From an uncultured Armatimonadia bacterium (GTDB lineage Bacteria > Armatimonadota > Zipacnadia > CAVVLO01): a DNA stretch of 64,000 nt. The position numbers were made by a program, and so were the translations under genes. The stretch's first letter is position 1; each line of letters begins with the position of its first letter. The notes below the pieces were generated by a model. It ran no database searches and was not told the origin of the DNA. It worked only from the letters and a program-made list of their open reading frames with translations. Of the stretch, positions 39,170-51,064 are shown piece after piece. The stretch covers positions 416,001-480,000 of the forward strand of contig CAVVLO010000005.1 of NCBI GenBank assembly GCA_963749155.1, written 5' to 3'.

Positions 39170-41335
39170 CTAGCTAACACCCACTTTTACGCTGAAGTGG
39201 AGTTTGTCAGCTTCTGGACTCCAGCGGAGTCGCTCAGGCGAAAGCAACTCCAGGCTTGCGTCCGGTTCAACCAGGGTGATTCGAAGCCCTTCAGGCAGGC
39301 GCAGATGGAAATCCACCCAGTCCGGCGCCTCGCGCCAGTCAGCTTTGAGAGTGCCTTCCACCGTGCCAGTCGCTTCATCGTACTGCAGATAATAAGTTAC
39401 AGGTCCAAAGTGTGTCGTCGCCTTCTCCGCGCCAACACGAGCCCCGCTACCGAGCCAGTGACGCGGCATCCCCTGGGCAATATGCAGGCCCTGAGCCTGC
39501 AAGTCTTCTCGTATCATCAGGTTGCGCAGGCATCTGACAACTGCCACAGGGGTCCAGAGATGCTGCCTGTCGCCCGTGCAAGTGGTCGCGCCCGGCTCGG
39601 GAGAACGCTCTTCACACCAGGTAACCAGTGGGGTCGCATGGTTGAGCGTTGCGTAGAAAAGTGAGGCTACCGCATCGCCTTCATCGCGCGCCAGATGCGC
39701 CTCGGCGAAGTTGTCCAGGGCGATGGCGACCCACAGCCCTCCGGCAAGCCAGCCAGTGTCGACAGGCAGGCCGCCTTCGCTTAGAGGAGTCTCGAACTTG
39801 GCCAGGCTGCCTTCTATCAGGGGGTGATCGTCTACGAGCAGCCTGCACGGCGTAAGCGCATACAGGGCGCCCCAGCGACTGCCCGAAGTTTTACCAGGCA
39901 CGCCAGGCAGCCAGGCAGAGTCAGCTTCCCTGATTGCGCCCCACTCCATCGCCGCCAGCAGGTCGCCTCTTGCGCGCGTAACTAGCTGCTCGAGTTCGAC
40001 CGTTGACTCGCCGAGTTCCTGCGCGGCCCACAGCGCCACCTGATCGGCGTACCAGGCCAGGTAGTTGTGGGGGAGGAAGACTCCATAGAGATCGCCGTCG
40101 TCCTTTAATCCACAATCTCCGAAGCCGCGCGGAAGCAGCCCATAGGTGGCCCGGTGCTCATGGCGTGGTTCGAGGCGCGTGGTCTCACGCTCCGCCTCGT
40201 GGAAACGCGCGCTGGCAAGCAGTCGTGGGAAGAGCGCGCGCAGATAGCCCTTGTCTCCAGTAAGCTTGTAATGCTCCCAGAGCGCCCAGGCCTTGAAGCC
40301 ACTGGAGGCCCACATAAAATGACCCCAGCCGCGTTCATCTTCCCAGTTGCCGTCCTCCTCCTGCATCGCAAGCGGCGCGCGAAAGCCAAGCTCCGCCTCC
40401 CTGGGCAGCCCGTGCTGGTCAAGTGCGATAGCGACAATAGCGGCTTCGCCCGTGTTCGCGGCGCGGTAGACTTCACTGCCTGGCACGCTGGCGATAGAGC
40501 CATCTGCAATCGGTTCGCGCATTACAAAACAATCGGCCAGACACGCTTTGTAAGCCTGATGGGCGCCTTCATCAGGCACCTGAAACTGGGTAGTAGAATC
40601 CAGAAGCCGTTGCCACTCCGCTCGAGCTTCAACGATTTCGACCTCCCAGTCGCGCTTGCGCAGTTCGGGCAGTTCCTTGCGATAAGCCTCATAGGGTCTT
40701 ACCAGGTAGCCTGTCTTGCTCTCCCCAGTTGCCAGATCGAAGACCAGCACCATCGAGTTGGGGGAGGGCGCCATCCCGGAATCAACCAGGCTATAACCAT
40801 CTGCCCCTGTGGCGAAGGCAAGCAACTTGTCGGCGCGCTCATTCCACCCGCATTGCAGGGCGTCGCCTGGCCACTCGCCCGGACGCACCCAGGCGGGATT
40901 CTCCCCCCAGGCTGTAGACTGGACGCGTATCACCAGGCGGTGGGCCTTCGCGTCGGTATTATGCGCTTCGATTCGGGTGACGCAAGCCGACTTGCCGCCC
41001 CAGCAGGTCAGCTTCGCTTCACAGCCCGCGCTGGTGAAGTTAGTCTCAAGTGCGGGGAAATAGCCCTCGACGCGCCGCCAGGAGCTTTCGGTTACCTCTT
41101 GGCCATCGACTTCGAAGCCGAGTTGAAGCCCCCATTCCACCTTTGGCGTCTTGAAAGCCAGCACGGGGAAGGTGGTCAGGTCATCGGTCGTCCAGGAGAG
41201 CTTGAGCCCGCCGGGAGCAAGGTCCAGCAGTGTGCGCTCACTTGCGTCGGGCAAGCCAACGGCCATCCTGTGAGGGGTGGCGAAAGAATAAGAGAAGTCT
41301 ACTACCGGCATCGGATTTTGGCTCATCAGGCTCAC
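39170..41335 (-). CDS. Putative (alpha/alpha)6-barrel glycoside hydrolase
   Basis: LWEHYKLTGDKGYL..LFP.L, WCEE and QHLW motifs; C-terminal THFG beta domain. Confidence 0.7.
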   Translation of the reverse strand: MSLMSQNPMPVVDFSYSFATPHRMAVGLPDASERTLLDLAPGGLKLSWTTDDLTTFPVLAFKTPKVEWGLQLGFEVDGQEVTESSWRRVEGYFPALETNFTSAGCEAKLTCWGGKSACVTRIEAHNTDAKAHRLVIRVQSTAWGENPAWVRPGEWPGDALQCGWNERADKLLAFATGADGYSLVDSGMAPSPNSMVLVFDLATGESKTGYLVRPYEAYRKELPELRKRDWEVEIVEARAEWQRLLDSTTQFQVPDEGAHQAYKACLADCFVMREPIADGSIASVPGSEVYRAANTGEAAIVAIALDQHGLPREAELGFRAPLAMQEEDGNWEDERGWGHFMWASSGFKAWALWEHYKLTGDKGYLRALFPRLLASARFHEAERETTRLEPRHEHRATYGLLPRGFGDCGLKDDGDLYGVFLPHNYLAWYADQVALWAAQELGESTVELEQLVTRARGDLLAAMEWGAIREADSAWLPGVPGKTSGSRWGALYALTPCRLLVDDHPLIEGSLAKFETPLSEGGLPVDTGWLAGGLWVAIALDNFAEAHLARDEGDAVASLFYATLNHATPLVTWCEERSPEPGATTCTGDRQHLWTPVAVVRCLRNLMIREDLQAQGLHIAQGMPRHWLGSGARVGAEKATTHFGPVTYYLQYDEATGTVEGTLKADWREAPDWVDFHLRLPEGLRITLVEPDASLELLSPERLRWSPEADKLHFSVKVGVS

Positions 41336-41403
41336 CTTGTCTAGCGAATTTGCCTTAGTTATTGGCGCCTTTTCGCGTTGTGAAAACCTTTACCTGCCCT
41401 GTA

Positions 41404-41431
41404 TTGACAGCTTGTATGGACGTGGCATAAT
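41404..41431 (+). promoter_or_regulatory. Putative sigma70 promoter
   Basis: TTGACA, 16-nt spacer ending in TGG, then CATAAT. Confidence 0.55.
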
Positions 41432-41465
41432 TCGCCGAAGGCTCACTAACTGGAGGCGACCTGGA

Positions 41466-42960
41466 ATGAGTGACACTGCTTCTGCCCCTGATGTCAACAT
41501 CGTACAGCTTCCTGCGTTTTTAGTTGCTGGTTTGATCTGCGAATTTCCAGAGGAGAGTCCCCCTCGGCTTTGGGACAGACTCCTTGCCCGCAAAGATGAA
41601 CTCACAGCCATCTCAGGCCCAGCCTGGGGATTCGGAGTAGCGATCCCCATGCAGTCGCCGGACCATTTCAAGTATCTGGCAGGTTGGGAAGTAGATTCTA
41701 CAAAAGACCTGCCAGAAGGCTTCGTGGCCTGGGAAGTGCCAGCGACCAGTTACGCTGTGCTGCAGTGCAACGATGTGGCTGATATTGACCGGGTTCTGAG
41801 CTATTTTTATGGTCAGTGGAGCCAAGTCTCACCCGACTGGGAGTCATCCGGCGGGTATATGGCCGAGTGCTACCTCGCAAGCTATCCTGAAGACCACCAA
41901 ATTTATCTCCACTTGCCGGTCAAACCCAGACAAGCTCCTCGCCAAGCCATCGAAGGTCGCCTGGTGCTTGAAGATGTGCCGCGGATTGGCTTCCATCGGC
42001 ATCTCTCGCCGACACCTGGATCGGTTTATGCCCTGCTGGAATATCTGGGCGAGACCCCTGACTATGACTACCTGATGGGCGCCTCCGGCGCGGCGTTCAG
42101 GCATGCATACGAGAAGATGGACGGCGGCAACATAGACCTGATGCGCTATGGGATGGCCCCCTTCAGACGCTTGTTCGAGGCGCTCGGATTCGATTACACC
42201 ATCACAGGCTGGGAGAGCCGTCAGGCTGTACTCGACGTTATCAAGACAAGCCTTGAGGCAGGTCGTCCGGCGCTAGTTTTTGGCATCGTAGGGCCTCCGG
42301 AATGCGGCCTTGTGACAGGCTATTCAGCGCGATGGAGAAGCCCTCATCGGCTGGAGCTACTTCCAGGAGCCCGACTCGCCTGGCTATTACGAGCAGAAGG
42401 ACTGGTTCGAGCAAGCGCCGAAGCAGGAAGCCGCTGTAATGACTCTGGGCGCCCGAGTGCCACGCCCGGCCCCTCGCGAAGTGGTCGCCAGTAGCCTGAA
42501 GTGGGCTGTGGAGCTTGCCCGGATGCCAGTCCTGCCTAACCATCCTGACCACGTGGCCGGGTTGGCTGCATATGAAGCCTGGGCAGCGGGATTCGAGCTA
42601 GACGAGGACTTCCCCGAGGGTAACGACGAGGCACTTGGCTGGCGCGTGATGATCCACGGTGACCAGTGCGTGATGCTGGAAGAACGCCGCAATGCTGCGG
42701 GCTTCCTGCGCTGGGCTGCGGATATACTCCCCGAAGCCAGGACCGAGTTGCTCGCTGCCGCGGACCTTTACCACCAGGCTGCCGATGACTGCGCAGGGCT
42801 GTGGCCCTGGGGGATGGACATGGACGACCCGGTCATCAAGCGTGATCTGGTTAATCGTGAGTTCAGGCTGAGCCTGGCAGCCCACATACGCACCATCAGC
42901 CTGAAGGAAGCTGATGCCGTTGCCTTGCTCGAACAAGCCCTTGCGAAGCTGGGCGCTTAG
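41466..42960 (+). CDS. GyrI-like effector-binding domain fused to a BtrH_N-like domain; frameshifted near 42325
   Basis: GGAGG RBS; PRLW, YLAGWEV..LPEG..VPATSYA and IYLHLPVK (GyrI-like); YDYLMGASGAAF and GIVGPPE..VTGY. Confidence 0.72.
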
Positions 42961-45781
42961 TCCGTCAGGACCGTTAGAGCAACCAGCGCCGGGCAGGCGC
43001 CTGTGCCTGTGGAAACGAAATCCACCGAGGCGATTGGCTCCTCTGGGCGCGGATTGGCCCAGGTCCAGTTGCTGAGTCCGAGTGGTTGCCCGCCAGGCGT
43101 TGCGCCCTGCCAGACTTGCGGACTGCTGAGAGTCGACCTGTTGTGGTAGAAAGCGCGCAACTGCCGGTTGTAATGCAGGGGCGCTTCCAGGCTTTGGCCA
43201 TCGGCGTAATGCACCCTCAGCGTTGCGACCTGTGCGCCCGAGGGCACTGTGAATCCGCAGGTCACCAGCAGCGAGAGACTTGCTGCCTTCTGGCCAAGCT
43301 GGATTCCCTCTACCGCAATCGGCAGGGAGGTAGGCGCCAGACTGCCTGCCAGGACGATTGCCTTTGGTCCGATGAGGAAGCGCGTCTTACCGAGCAGGAC
43401 TTCGCCCTGAGGCAGCGCCGAGAGGTCGCGCCCTGCGCCAAAGCCCATCCAGCCAGACCCATCGGCATCCACCAGCGCTCTATTCGCGAGGCCTGACAGG
43501 TCTACCAGGAAGCCTGCCGAGGGTTCGGCGCGCTCGAGCTGGAGAGGCGCCAGATAGCGTTCTTCGATGTTGTACGGCAACTTGTCGGGCGCTCTCTGGC
43601 CAAGGCTCCAGGCACAGTCAGCGGTGTAGACGAGCGAGGCGAGATAATTGATATTGTAGTCGAAGGCGGCCTCCAGGCTGCCCACCCCGCACCAGGTCGT
43701 CCCAATCATCCCCATCACGTTGTCGAAGCGCGCCGCATCGCGCGAGAAGTTCCAAATGTTGTTCAGGTCGAACCACGGGCCTGCGATGACCCGCTTGCCC
43801 TGCTCCTTCCACAAGGGCAGGCTTGCGAAGTGCTCGTAAGTGCCGCCGTAATGCCAGTCGCACACAATCAGGTCCTTCGGCAGCAGCGGCAGGCAGGTGG
43901 CAAACTGCTTCTCGCCGCCTCCGTTGTAAGCGTCAGTCCCGCCTGGCGCGTCAATCGGAGCCAGCGCCATATCGCCCCACAGCATCGTCTCGACGCCGCG
44001 CTGGGCCCACCAATCGTGGATGCGCGTCACATCCTCGGCGAAAAGCTCGCCGGCGCTTTTACCCTGGCAACGCGGGCACTCGGCATAGACTCCCCACATC
44101 TCATCGTGCCCCATATGGAAATACTTCGGCTTCAGCCACTTCTCAGTCTCTTCAAACAAGTCGAAAAGCAGGTCGTAGACCGCCGGATTCGAGGGGCAGT
44201 AGTTGTAGGGATTTGCTGGATCTTCTGCCAGGTCCTTGTGCTGCCCATCGCGGAAGAGCCAGTATTCACAGTGGCCGCCTGACTGGATTTGCGGGACGGG
44301 CTCCATAAAATGCTCGCGGCAGAAATCGGCAAGCTCACCAATCTGCTGAGGCGTTGGGCCGTTAGGATTGATTTCGGGATGCGACTCCCACTTTATGGAT
44401 TCGATTTCCAGCACGACGGTGTTGAGCTTGTAGCGCCGCAGCACCTCGCCTATCAGGAGTTTCGTCGCTGACAGGTCAGGGTCGCCAAGGCAAAGATGCG
44501 CCCCGCGCAGCATAAAATCGGGCCAATCGGTGATACGCACGGAGGGCAGTTCTGGTCCTGCTTCGCCCTGGCCTAGCAGCTGCAGCAGCGTCTGGACGCC
44601 CCAGTAGGTGCCCCTCTGGTCCTGGCCTGCCAGCAGCACACCGGAGGGGCTGACCCTTAGAAAATAGCCCTCTGACTTGCCGGGAGAAGAAGCTCCAGCG
44701 AGGTGTTTGTTATATTCGGCCTCGCCCAGCACCAGGGCGCCAACCGGCGAAAGCACTTCGTGCGCCTCCAGCACTGGCAGCCTGAAGCCAAAACGCTTCT
44801 GGAGTTCGCTATTGAGGTCGCGCACGGCCCGCAGATCTTCAGGGGCTGGCTTGTCTCGCACGATTATTGGAGTTTTGGAAGTGAGCTCGAAGGCACCTTG
44901 CCCCCAGCGCACCTGCTTTGAGGCGCGGGGATGAGCACTGGGCGCTCGCTGATTTGCGCCTCTCCGGTAGCAGAGGCCACCGGCAAGAGGCGAGGCGCGC
45001 CGCCTGAAAGCGCCGGGGCGGCAACCGGCGGTCTTCCAAGACACTTAAGGGTAAATCCGTAACTTGCTGTCTTGCCCAGCTCTGGAGCTATCCCAAGCAT
45101 CCCGCCCCAATACCACCCACTGACCGGTGTCCCGCCAAATCGCAGCCGGCCGTCGATGAGAGAGAACCAGGAGCCACCCTCTGTGGAAAACTCCAGATCG
45201 CCCACGCGCGAATGGATCACCATCCGGTTTGCCTGATGCGCCAGCAAGGTCGTGGCGTCGATCTCTTTACTGGTCGCCTCGAGAGCTACAAACCCCTTGC
45301 GCGCCTCGCTTTCCCCGGTCACTTCGTAAGCCTGCCCGACGATAGGCGCTTCGGGAAGCTGGACGAAACAGGTCTCTACCCCAAGCGGAATAGCCTTCAA
45401 TTTGGTGCAGGAGAAAGCCATCTCGACCGTGCCGTTGGGCCTTCCCGTGATGGTGTAGTCATACTCGAAGCCGGCGTCTTTGGGCGCGCTGAGGATACGC
45501 AGTTGCTTGCCTCCCCCTGCTGTCTCGGTCACCTGGATGTCTTCCACGTGGCCTGGCAGGCTGAGATAGACCTCCTTCCAGCCGCCATCGTGAAAAACGA
45601 CGGAGGAGCCTTCTACAATCCGCTGGCCGCACCAGTCCACGGTCAGACCGCGCTCAGGCCCAAATCCGAGCACCAGGTCGCCCACCGGCACGCTGACCCA
45701 GCGACCAGCGCTTGCGCCAGTGGCAAGCAGCACGAGCAAAACCAGCAGCAGGCAGGCAGCAAGGGCAGTGGTAGTTGTCAT
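42957..45781 (-). CDS. GH20 beta-N-acetylhexosaminidase-like protein, frameshifted near 44920
   Basis: Signal peptide; LIPAP..KQV, EGYFL, YWGVQTLLQL, ITDWPDF.LRG and FHMGHDE catalytic motif. Confidence 0.9.
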
Positions 45782-45799
45782 CCGTATCGCCTCAGTTTG

Positions 45800-46222
45800 T
45801 TATTTATGCCAGGGCAACAAGAAGCTGAGCAGACAGCCGCGCCGGTTGCTCCTGGCCGCCAGCTTGCAGCCTTCCAGTGTCTTGGCCATCCGTAAAGTGT
45901 CGGGATTATCAGGACCGAGCGTCCGCCTCGCGATAGCGACGGCTTTCTCCAGCAGCCACAGGGCCTCTTTATGCCTGCCCAGTTGGAAATACGCTGTGCC
46001 GAGATTGTTGTAGATGGCTGCACTCCCGGCGAATTCGTCACCGAAGGCCTTCGCTTCCTGGGCAGCTCGCTCCAGGTAAACCAGCGCTTTTTCAGGGCGT
46101 CCTGTCGCACTATAGAAACCGCCCAGATTGCTTAGCGCAGAGGCCAAAGTGGCAGAGCCAGGGGTGTGGCGCTCTTCCGCCTCGGCCAGTGTTGCCAGCA
46201 GCTCGCTTTCCTGGGCTTCCAT
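45800..46222 (-). CDS. Small tetratricopeptide-repeat protein
   Basis: ALSNLGGFY, YNNLGTAY...EA...LEKAVAI..RTLGPDNPDT (TPR_10/12-like). Confidence 0.85.
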   Translation of the reverse strand: MEAQESELLATLAEAEERHTPGSATLASALSNLGGFYSATGRPEKALVYLERAAQEAKAFGDEFAGSAAIYNNLGTAYFQLGRHKEALWLLEKAVAIARRTLGPDNPDTLRMAKTLEGCKLAARSNRRGCLLSFLLPWHK

Positions 46223-46231
46223 AGCTCCTCC

Positions 46232-47538
46232 CTAGTGAAACTCGGGCAGATAATCCTTTTGCAGATGCAACATATAATCCAGCAATTGCTCGGCGCGTGG
46301 GGCGCTATCCACGACAGGGTCAAGCAGCAGTGTCTGCAGCAGCAGTCGCCTGGACTTCTCGCGGTAGGCCTCGACCAGATAGCTTCTGGATGGCAATCTG
46401 CAGGTTGCAGAAAGCCGCCAGGCCCTCCGGCAGCGGTCCAATCGGCTGCGGATGCACCCCGCCGGCATCCATTACGGCGGGCACCTCGACCACGCCATCG
46501 CAGTCGAGATTGGCTACATAGCCCTCGGTATTGGGCACGTTTACCGCGCACTCCCAGTTGCCCAGGTCGCACTCGATGCCAAGTATGATGGGGATAGCGA
46601 GCTCGCCGCTTTTCCTCGCCAGGTGCTCATCTACAGGCTTTGCCCCGCTCGCGCAGACCTCAAGGTCACTCGGTTCGGGCTCGGGCGGCGTCAAGGGCAC
46701 TGACCGCCACTCCTGCCCGTAATGCCAGAGCTGCCCGGTGAAGTCGGTCGCGAAGGAGAGATACTCTCCGATGTGGTCATCCGAGGGATAGGTATAGCAA
46801 CCGAAGACTTCCACCATCTTGCGCACCAGCGGCGGCATCGCGGGGCAATCGGGGTCAGCCATCTTCGCGCGGAAGGCAGGATACAGGTCCTCCCCGGTCG
46901 CCTTGTCACGGATAGCGGTCACCCAGAAGAAGTGGTTGAGCCCGCCGGCGACGATATCCAGCTCTTCCAGCGGCCGCCCAAGGATGCGGCTTACCCCCTC
47001 GCGCCCGCCCATCATCCCGTGGCACAGGCCGACTGAGTTGATCCGGGTGAGTTTCGAGACCGCCATAATGATGCGCGACTCGGGATTGGTGAAGTTGAGC
47101 AGCAAGCGCCTCGGGGCAGAGCCGTTCCATATCTTCGGCAATTGGCACCATCAATTGATAGTTGCGCAGCGCGTGGAAGACAGCCCCCGGCCCGCCGTTC
47201 TCGCCCAGGCAATGCTTGAAGCCGAAGGCCATCGGCGCGCGGAAATCCTGTTCCCAAAGGGGATAGCGTTTGATGGCGACGCTGGTGATGACATAATCGG
47301 CGCCGGGCAGCGCCTGGAGGCGGTTGGTGGTCGCCGAGAGCTTCACTTTGGAGCCAAAGTGCTCTTTCAACCGCTCTCCAAACTTGAGCATCCGGTCCAG
47401 TCCGACCGAATCGAGGTCTACCAGCACCAGTTCTGTGGCGAACTCATCGAACTCCGGCGAGCCCAGCACATCGGCCAGGACGCCCCTGCCGAACCCGCTC
47501 GCGCACCCGATGGAAACCAGTTTGAGTCGCTTGCTCAT
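46232..47538 (-). CDS. GH4 NAD-dependent glycosidase (alpha-galactosidase-like), two frameshifts
   Basis: GENGGPG, NFTNP, GLCHG, GLNHF and VVEVP motifs across three frames. Confidence 0.9.
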
Positions 47539-47577
47539 CTGTGTTCACCTGGCTTTTGGGAAGTTGTTGGTCAGCGT

Positions 47578-48228
47578 TCAGGCCGGCAGACCTTTCGTGC
47601 TGGCATCGGTGATGATGCCGGTCAACTCGGCCTCGCGTATATCGGCTTTGCTCAGGTCAACCGAGCGCAGATCGGCCCCCTCCAGGTTAGTGCCGCGCAG
47701 GTCTGCATCTCGCAGATTGGCCCCCGAAAGGTTGGCCCCGCGCAAATTGGCTAGCCACAAGTTTGCCCCTTGCAAGTTGGCCTTGCTCAAGTCGGTTCCC
47801 TGCAATTCAGCCTCGCTCAGGAGGACATCGCGCAGGTTGGCTCCGGTAAGTCTGGCCTCGCTCAGGCTAGCCTCAAACAGGAGGGCCTTATTCAAGTTGG
47901 CCTTGGTGAGGTTGGCCCCAAACAGGTCAGCCTCCTCCAGATCGGCTTGGCTCAGGTTGGCTCTTTCCAGGTTAGCTGTACGCAAGTTGACCTTGCGCAG
48001 GACAGCCTGACTGAAGTTGGCCTTGGTGAGGTTGGCCCCAAACAGACTCGCAAAGCTTAGATAAGCCTTGCTCAGATTGGCTCCCTGAAGGTTGGCCCCC
48101 CGGAGGTCAGCCTCGCGCAGGTCGGCTTTGTTGGCCTCGCATACTGCTCGGAGAGTCGCCCCCTCGCCTATCACGCTGCCGCCTACACGGATAATGCGTA
48201 CCATGCAGCTGCTCCTGGTCTTTGCCAC
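47578..48228 (-). CDS. Pentapeptide-repeat protein
   Basis: More than 30 tandem A(D/N)Lxx repeats; start may be MVRII at 48204. Confidence 0.93.
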   Translation of the reverse strand: MAKTRSSCMVRIIRVGGSVIGEGATLRAVCEANKADLREADLRGANLQGANLSKAYLSFASLFGANLTKANFSQAVLRKVNLRTANLERANLSQADLEEADLFGANLTKANLNKALLFEASLSEARLTGANLRDVLLSEAELQGTDLSKANLQGANLWLANLRGANLSGANLRDADLRGTNLEGADLRSVDLSKADIREAELTGIITDASTKGLPA

Positions 48229-48410
48229 TCGGTCAGAAAGCTGCCGAATCCAGCTTTACATATGTGCAAATCTTTTTAACGCGCCTGCACGTATCAGAGC
48301 ACGATTCCTAGATTCTACACCCAACCGGGCTGTTCCTGCCGGTGCAGGGAAGGGGCTCTCCTGGGCGAAGAGAGTCAGTAGAGACGATTTATAAGCAAGG
48401 GAGCGTGTAA

Positions 48411-51027
48411 ATGGAGCTTCCGACCGTACCGAGTGGACTCGAAGAGCTAGACGAGGTGCTGCAGGGGCTGCGCCTGGGCGATAATGTCGTCTGGCAAGTT
48501 GATGACCTGGCAGATTATCTCTATTTTGTGCGCCCCTTTGTCGACCGCTCGCTCAAAGAAGGCCGCCGCGTCGTTTATCTGCGTTTTGCGCCTCATGAGC
48601 CGGTGCTCGAGGCGCTGCCTGGCCTTGAGATAATCGAACTCGATCCAGGCCCCGGATTCGACTACTTCAGCCGCGAGGTACACGAGATCATCGAGCAGCG
48701 CGGCCTGGAGGCCTTCTATGTCTTCGACAACCTCTCGGCGCTGGCGGTCGAATGGGCGACCGACGAGTTGCTCGCGAACTTCTTCCAGGTCACTTGCCCC
48801 TATCTTTTCGAGCTTGAGACGGTCACCTATTTTGCCCTGACGCGCGGCCAGCACGCCCACCAGGCGGTCGCGCGCATACGCGACACCACCCAGATACTGA
48901 TTGACGTCTACCGCACCGAAGGGCGGATGTATATCCACCCAATCAAAGTCTGGGATCGCTATTCTCCCCAGATGTTTATGCCCCATATGGTGGCCGAGGG
49001 AGACTGGGATCCAGTCTTCCAGAGCGGCGAAGCGGCCACTGTGACCGGTGCTGCTCGTCGCCCTCTGCTGCCGGGCAGGCTCAATTGCGCCCTGGGAGAG
49101 CGTCTACAGCAAGCTGAGCCAGTATCGCGCGCAGGGCCTGCTGCCTGACAAGACCGATCCCGAGTTCGGAGCCCTGAAGCAGGAGCTCTGCCGGATGCTC
49201 ATCGGCGCGCATCCCGAGTTCAGCCGGCTGGCTGACGAGTATCTCACCCTCGATGACCTGTTCGGCATACGCGACCGGCTGATTGGCTCCGGCAGGATAG
49301 GCGGCAAGGCCGCTGGGATGCTCGTTGCCAGGCGCATACTGCTCGATGCCGCCTCTGAAGCGGGGGCCGAGATTGATTTCGCCGAGGTGTTGGAGCCGCA
49401 TGATTCCTTCTACATCGGCTCGGATGTTTTCTTCACTTTCCTCGTGAACAACGACCTCTTCCGGATGCGCCTCCAGCTTTCGCGCAACGCTTCTTTTTCG
49501 CGCGATGAGTTCGAGGAAGTAGAGCGGCTCTTCCTGGCTGGCAAGTTCTCGCCGGCCATACAGGAGCAGTTCCGCAACTTGCTGGATTATTTCGGCCAGG
49601 CGCCGATAATCGTGCGCTCTTCCAGCCTGCTCGAAGACAGTTTCGGCAACGCCTTCGCGGGCAAATATCATAGCGAGTTCTGCGCCAACCAGGGCGACCC
49701 CGAACAGCGCCTGGAGGCTTTCTGCAACGCCGTAAAACTCGTCTACGCGAGCGCTCTCAATCCTGATGCGCTCTCCTACAGGCGCAAGCGGGGCCTGGGC
49801 GAGAGCGATGAGCAGATGGCTATCCTCGTCCAGCGAGTGTCAGGGATGCCCTACAAGCAGGCTTTCTTCCCGAGCGTGGCTGGAGTGGCCTTCTCGAAGA
49901 ACCTCTACGCCTGGAGCGACCGCATCGATGCCAACCAGGGGATGGTCCGCCTCGTCTTTGGTCTGGGCACGCGCGCCGTAGACAGAGTTGGCGGCGACTA
50001 TCCGCGGATGATTGCCATCAGCCATCCAGAGCTGCGGCCCGAGGTCGGCACCGAGGTCGCCAAGTATTCCCAGCGCCAGGTAGACCTGCTGGACCTCGCC
50101 GAGAACAGGCTGCTGACGCGCCCAAGCGCCGAGGTGCTCGAAGGCGCCAATTATCCCAACCTGTATCTGCTGGCCTCGGTGCTCGCCGATGGCTTCGTGC
50201 AGGACCCCGCCACCAACTGGCTGGATGCGCCCTCGAATCAGCTTGTGCTGACTTTCAACAACCTGATCAGGCGCACTCCCTTTGTGAAGATTATGGGCGC
50301 GATGCTGGCCAGGCTCGAGGCGGCTTACGGGCATGCCGTGGATACCGAATTTACTGCTTCAATCAGTCGCGCGGGGCAGGTGCGTTTCAACTTGTTGCAG
50401 TGTCGCCCGCTTTGGCTGCCAGGCCTGGCCGGGCCTGTTACCGAATCAGTCGAAGCGCCCGCTGAGCGCACTCTATTCAGGTCTGACCGGATGGTAAGTG
50501 GCGGGGTGGTGAAGGGCATCCGTCACATCGTCTACCTTGACCCGAAATGGTATGACTCTATCGAATCACTCGAAGTCAAAAAGTCGCTTGGCCGGCTCGT
50601 TGGCAGGCTTAACGCTCATCCGCGCATCTCGGCGGGCAAACTGATGATGATGGGGCCAGGCCGGTGGGGCTCGAGTAATATCTCCCTGGGCGTAAATGTG
50701 GGTTATGCCGACATCCACAACGCCGCCGTGCTTGTAGAGCTGGCGCGAGAAGAGGCCGGCCATGTGCCCGAGGTCAGTTACGGGACCCATTTCTTTCAGG
50801 ATTTGGTAGAAGGCCAGATCATCTATCTGCCCGTCTATCCCGATGATCCTGACTGTGCCTTCAACGAGGCTTTCTTCACCTCGGCGCCCAATGCTTTGCT
50901 GGAATTGTTGCCCGACGCAGGCGAATACGAGCAACTGGTAAAAGTTATAGACCTGACTGCCCAGTCTGGCGCGGGAGCGACTGTTGTGGCCGATCCCCAG
51001 GCCAGAAAGGCGGTTTGTTATTTCTAG
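48411..51027 (+). CDS. PEP/pyruvate-binding (PPDK_N) domain protein with an N-terminal KaiC/RecA-like domain; frameshifted near 49065
   Basis: SGLEELDEVLQGL N-terminus; IGGKA, IVRSSSLLED, FAGKY, LQCRP, GPGRWGS and SYGTHFFQDLVE motifs. Confidence 0.85.
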
Positions 51028-51064
51028 CAGCTAAGAACACTGGCCTTAGGGCGGAGGTGGCGTC

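Noticed and set aside
41466..48228. Joint gyrase-protection system (GyrI-like plus pentapeptide repeat)
   Set aside because: The genes are about 4.6 kb apart, on opposite strands and separated by glycosidases; both folds have many unrelated functions.
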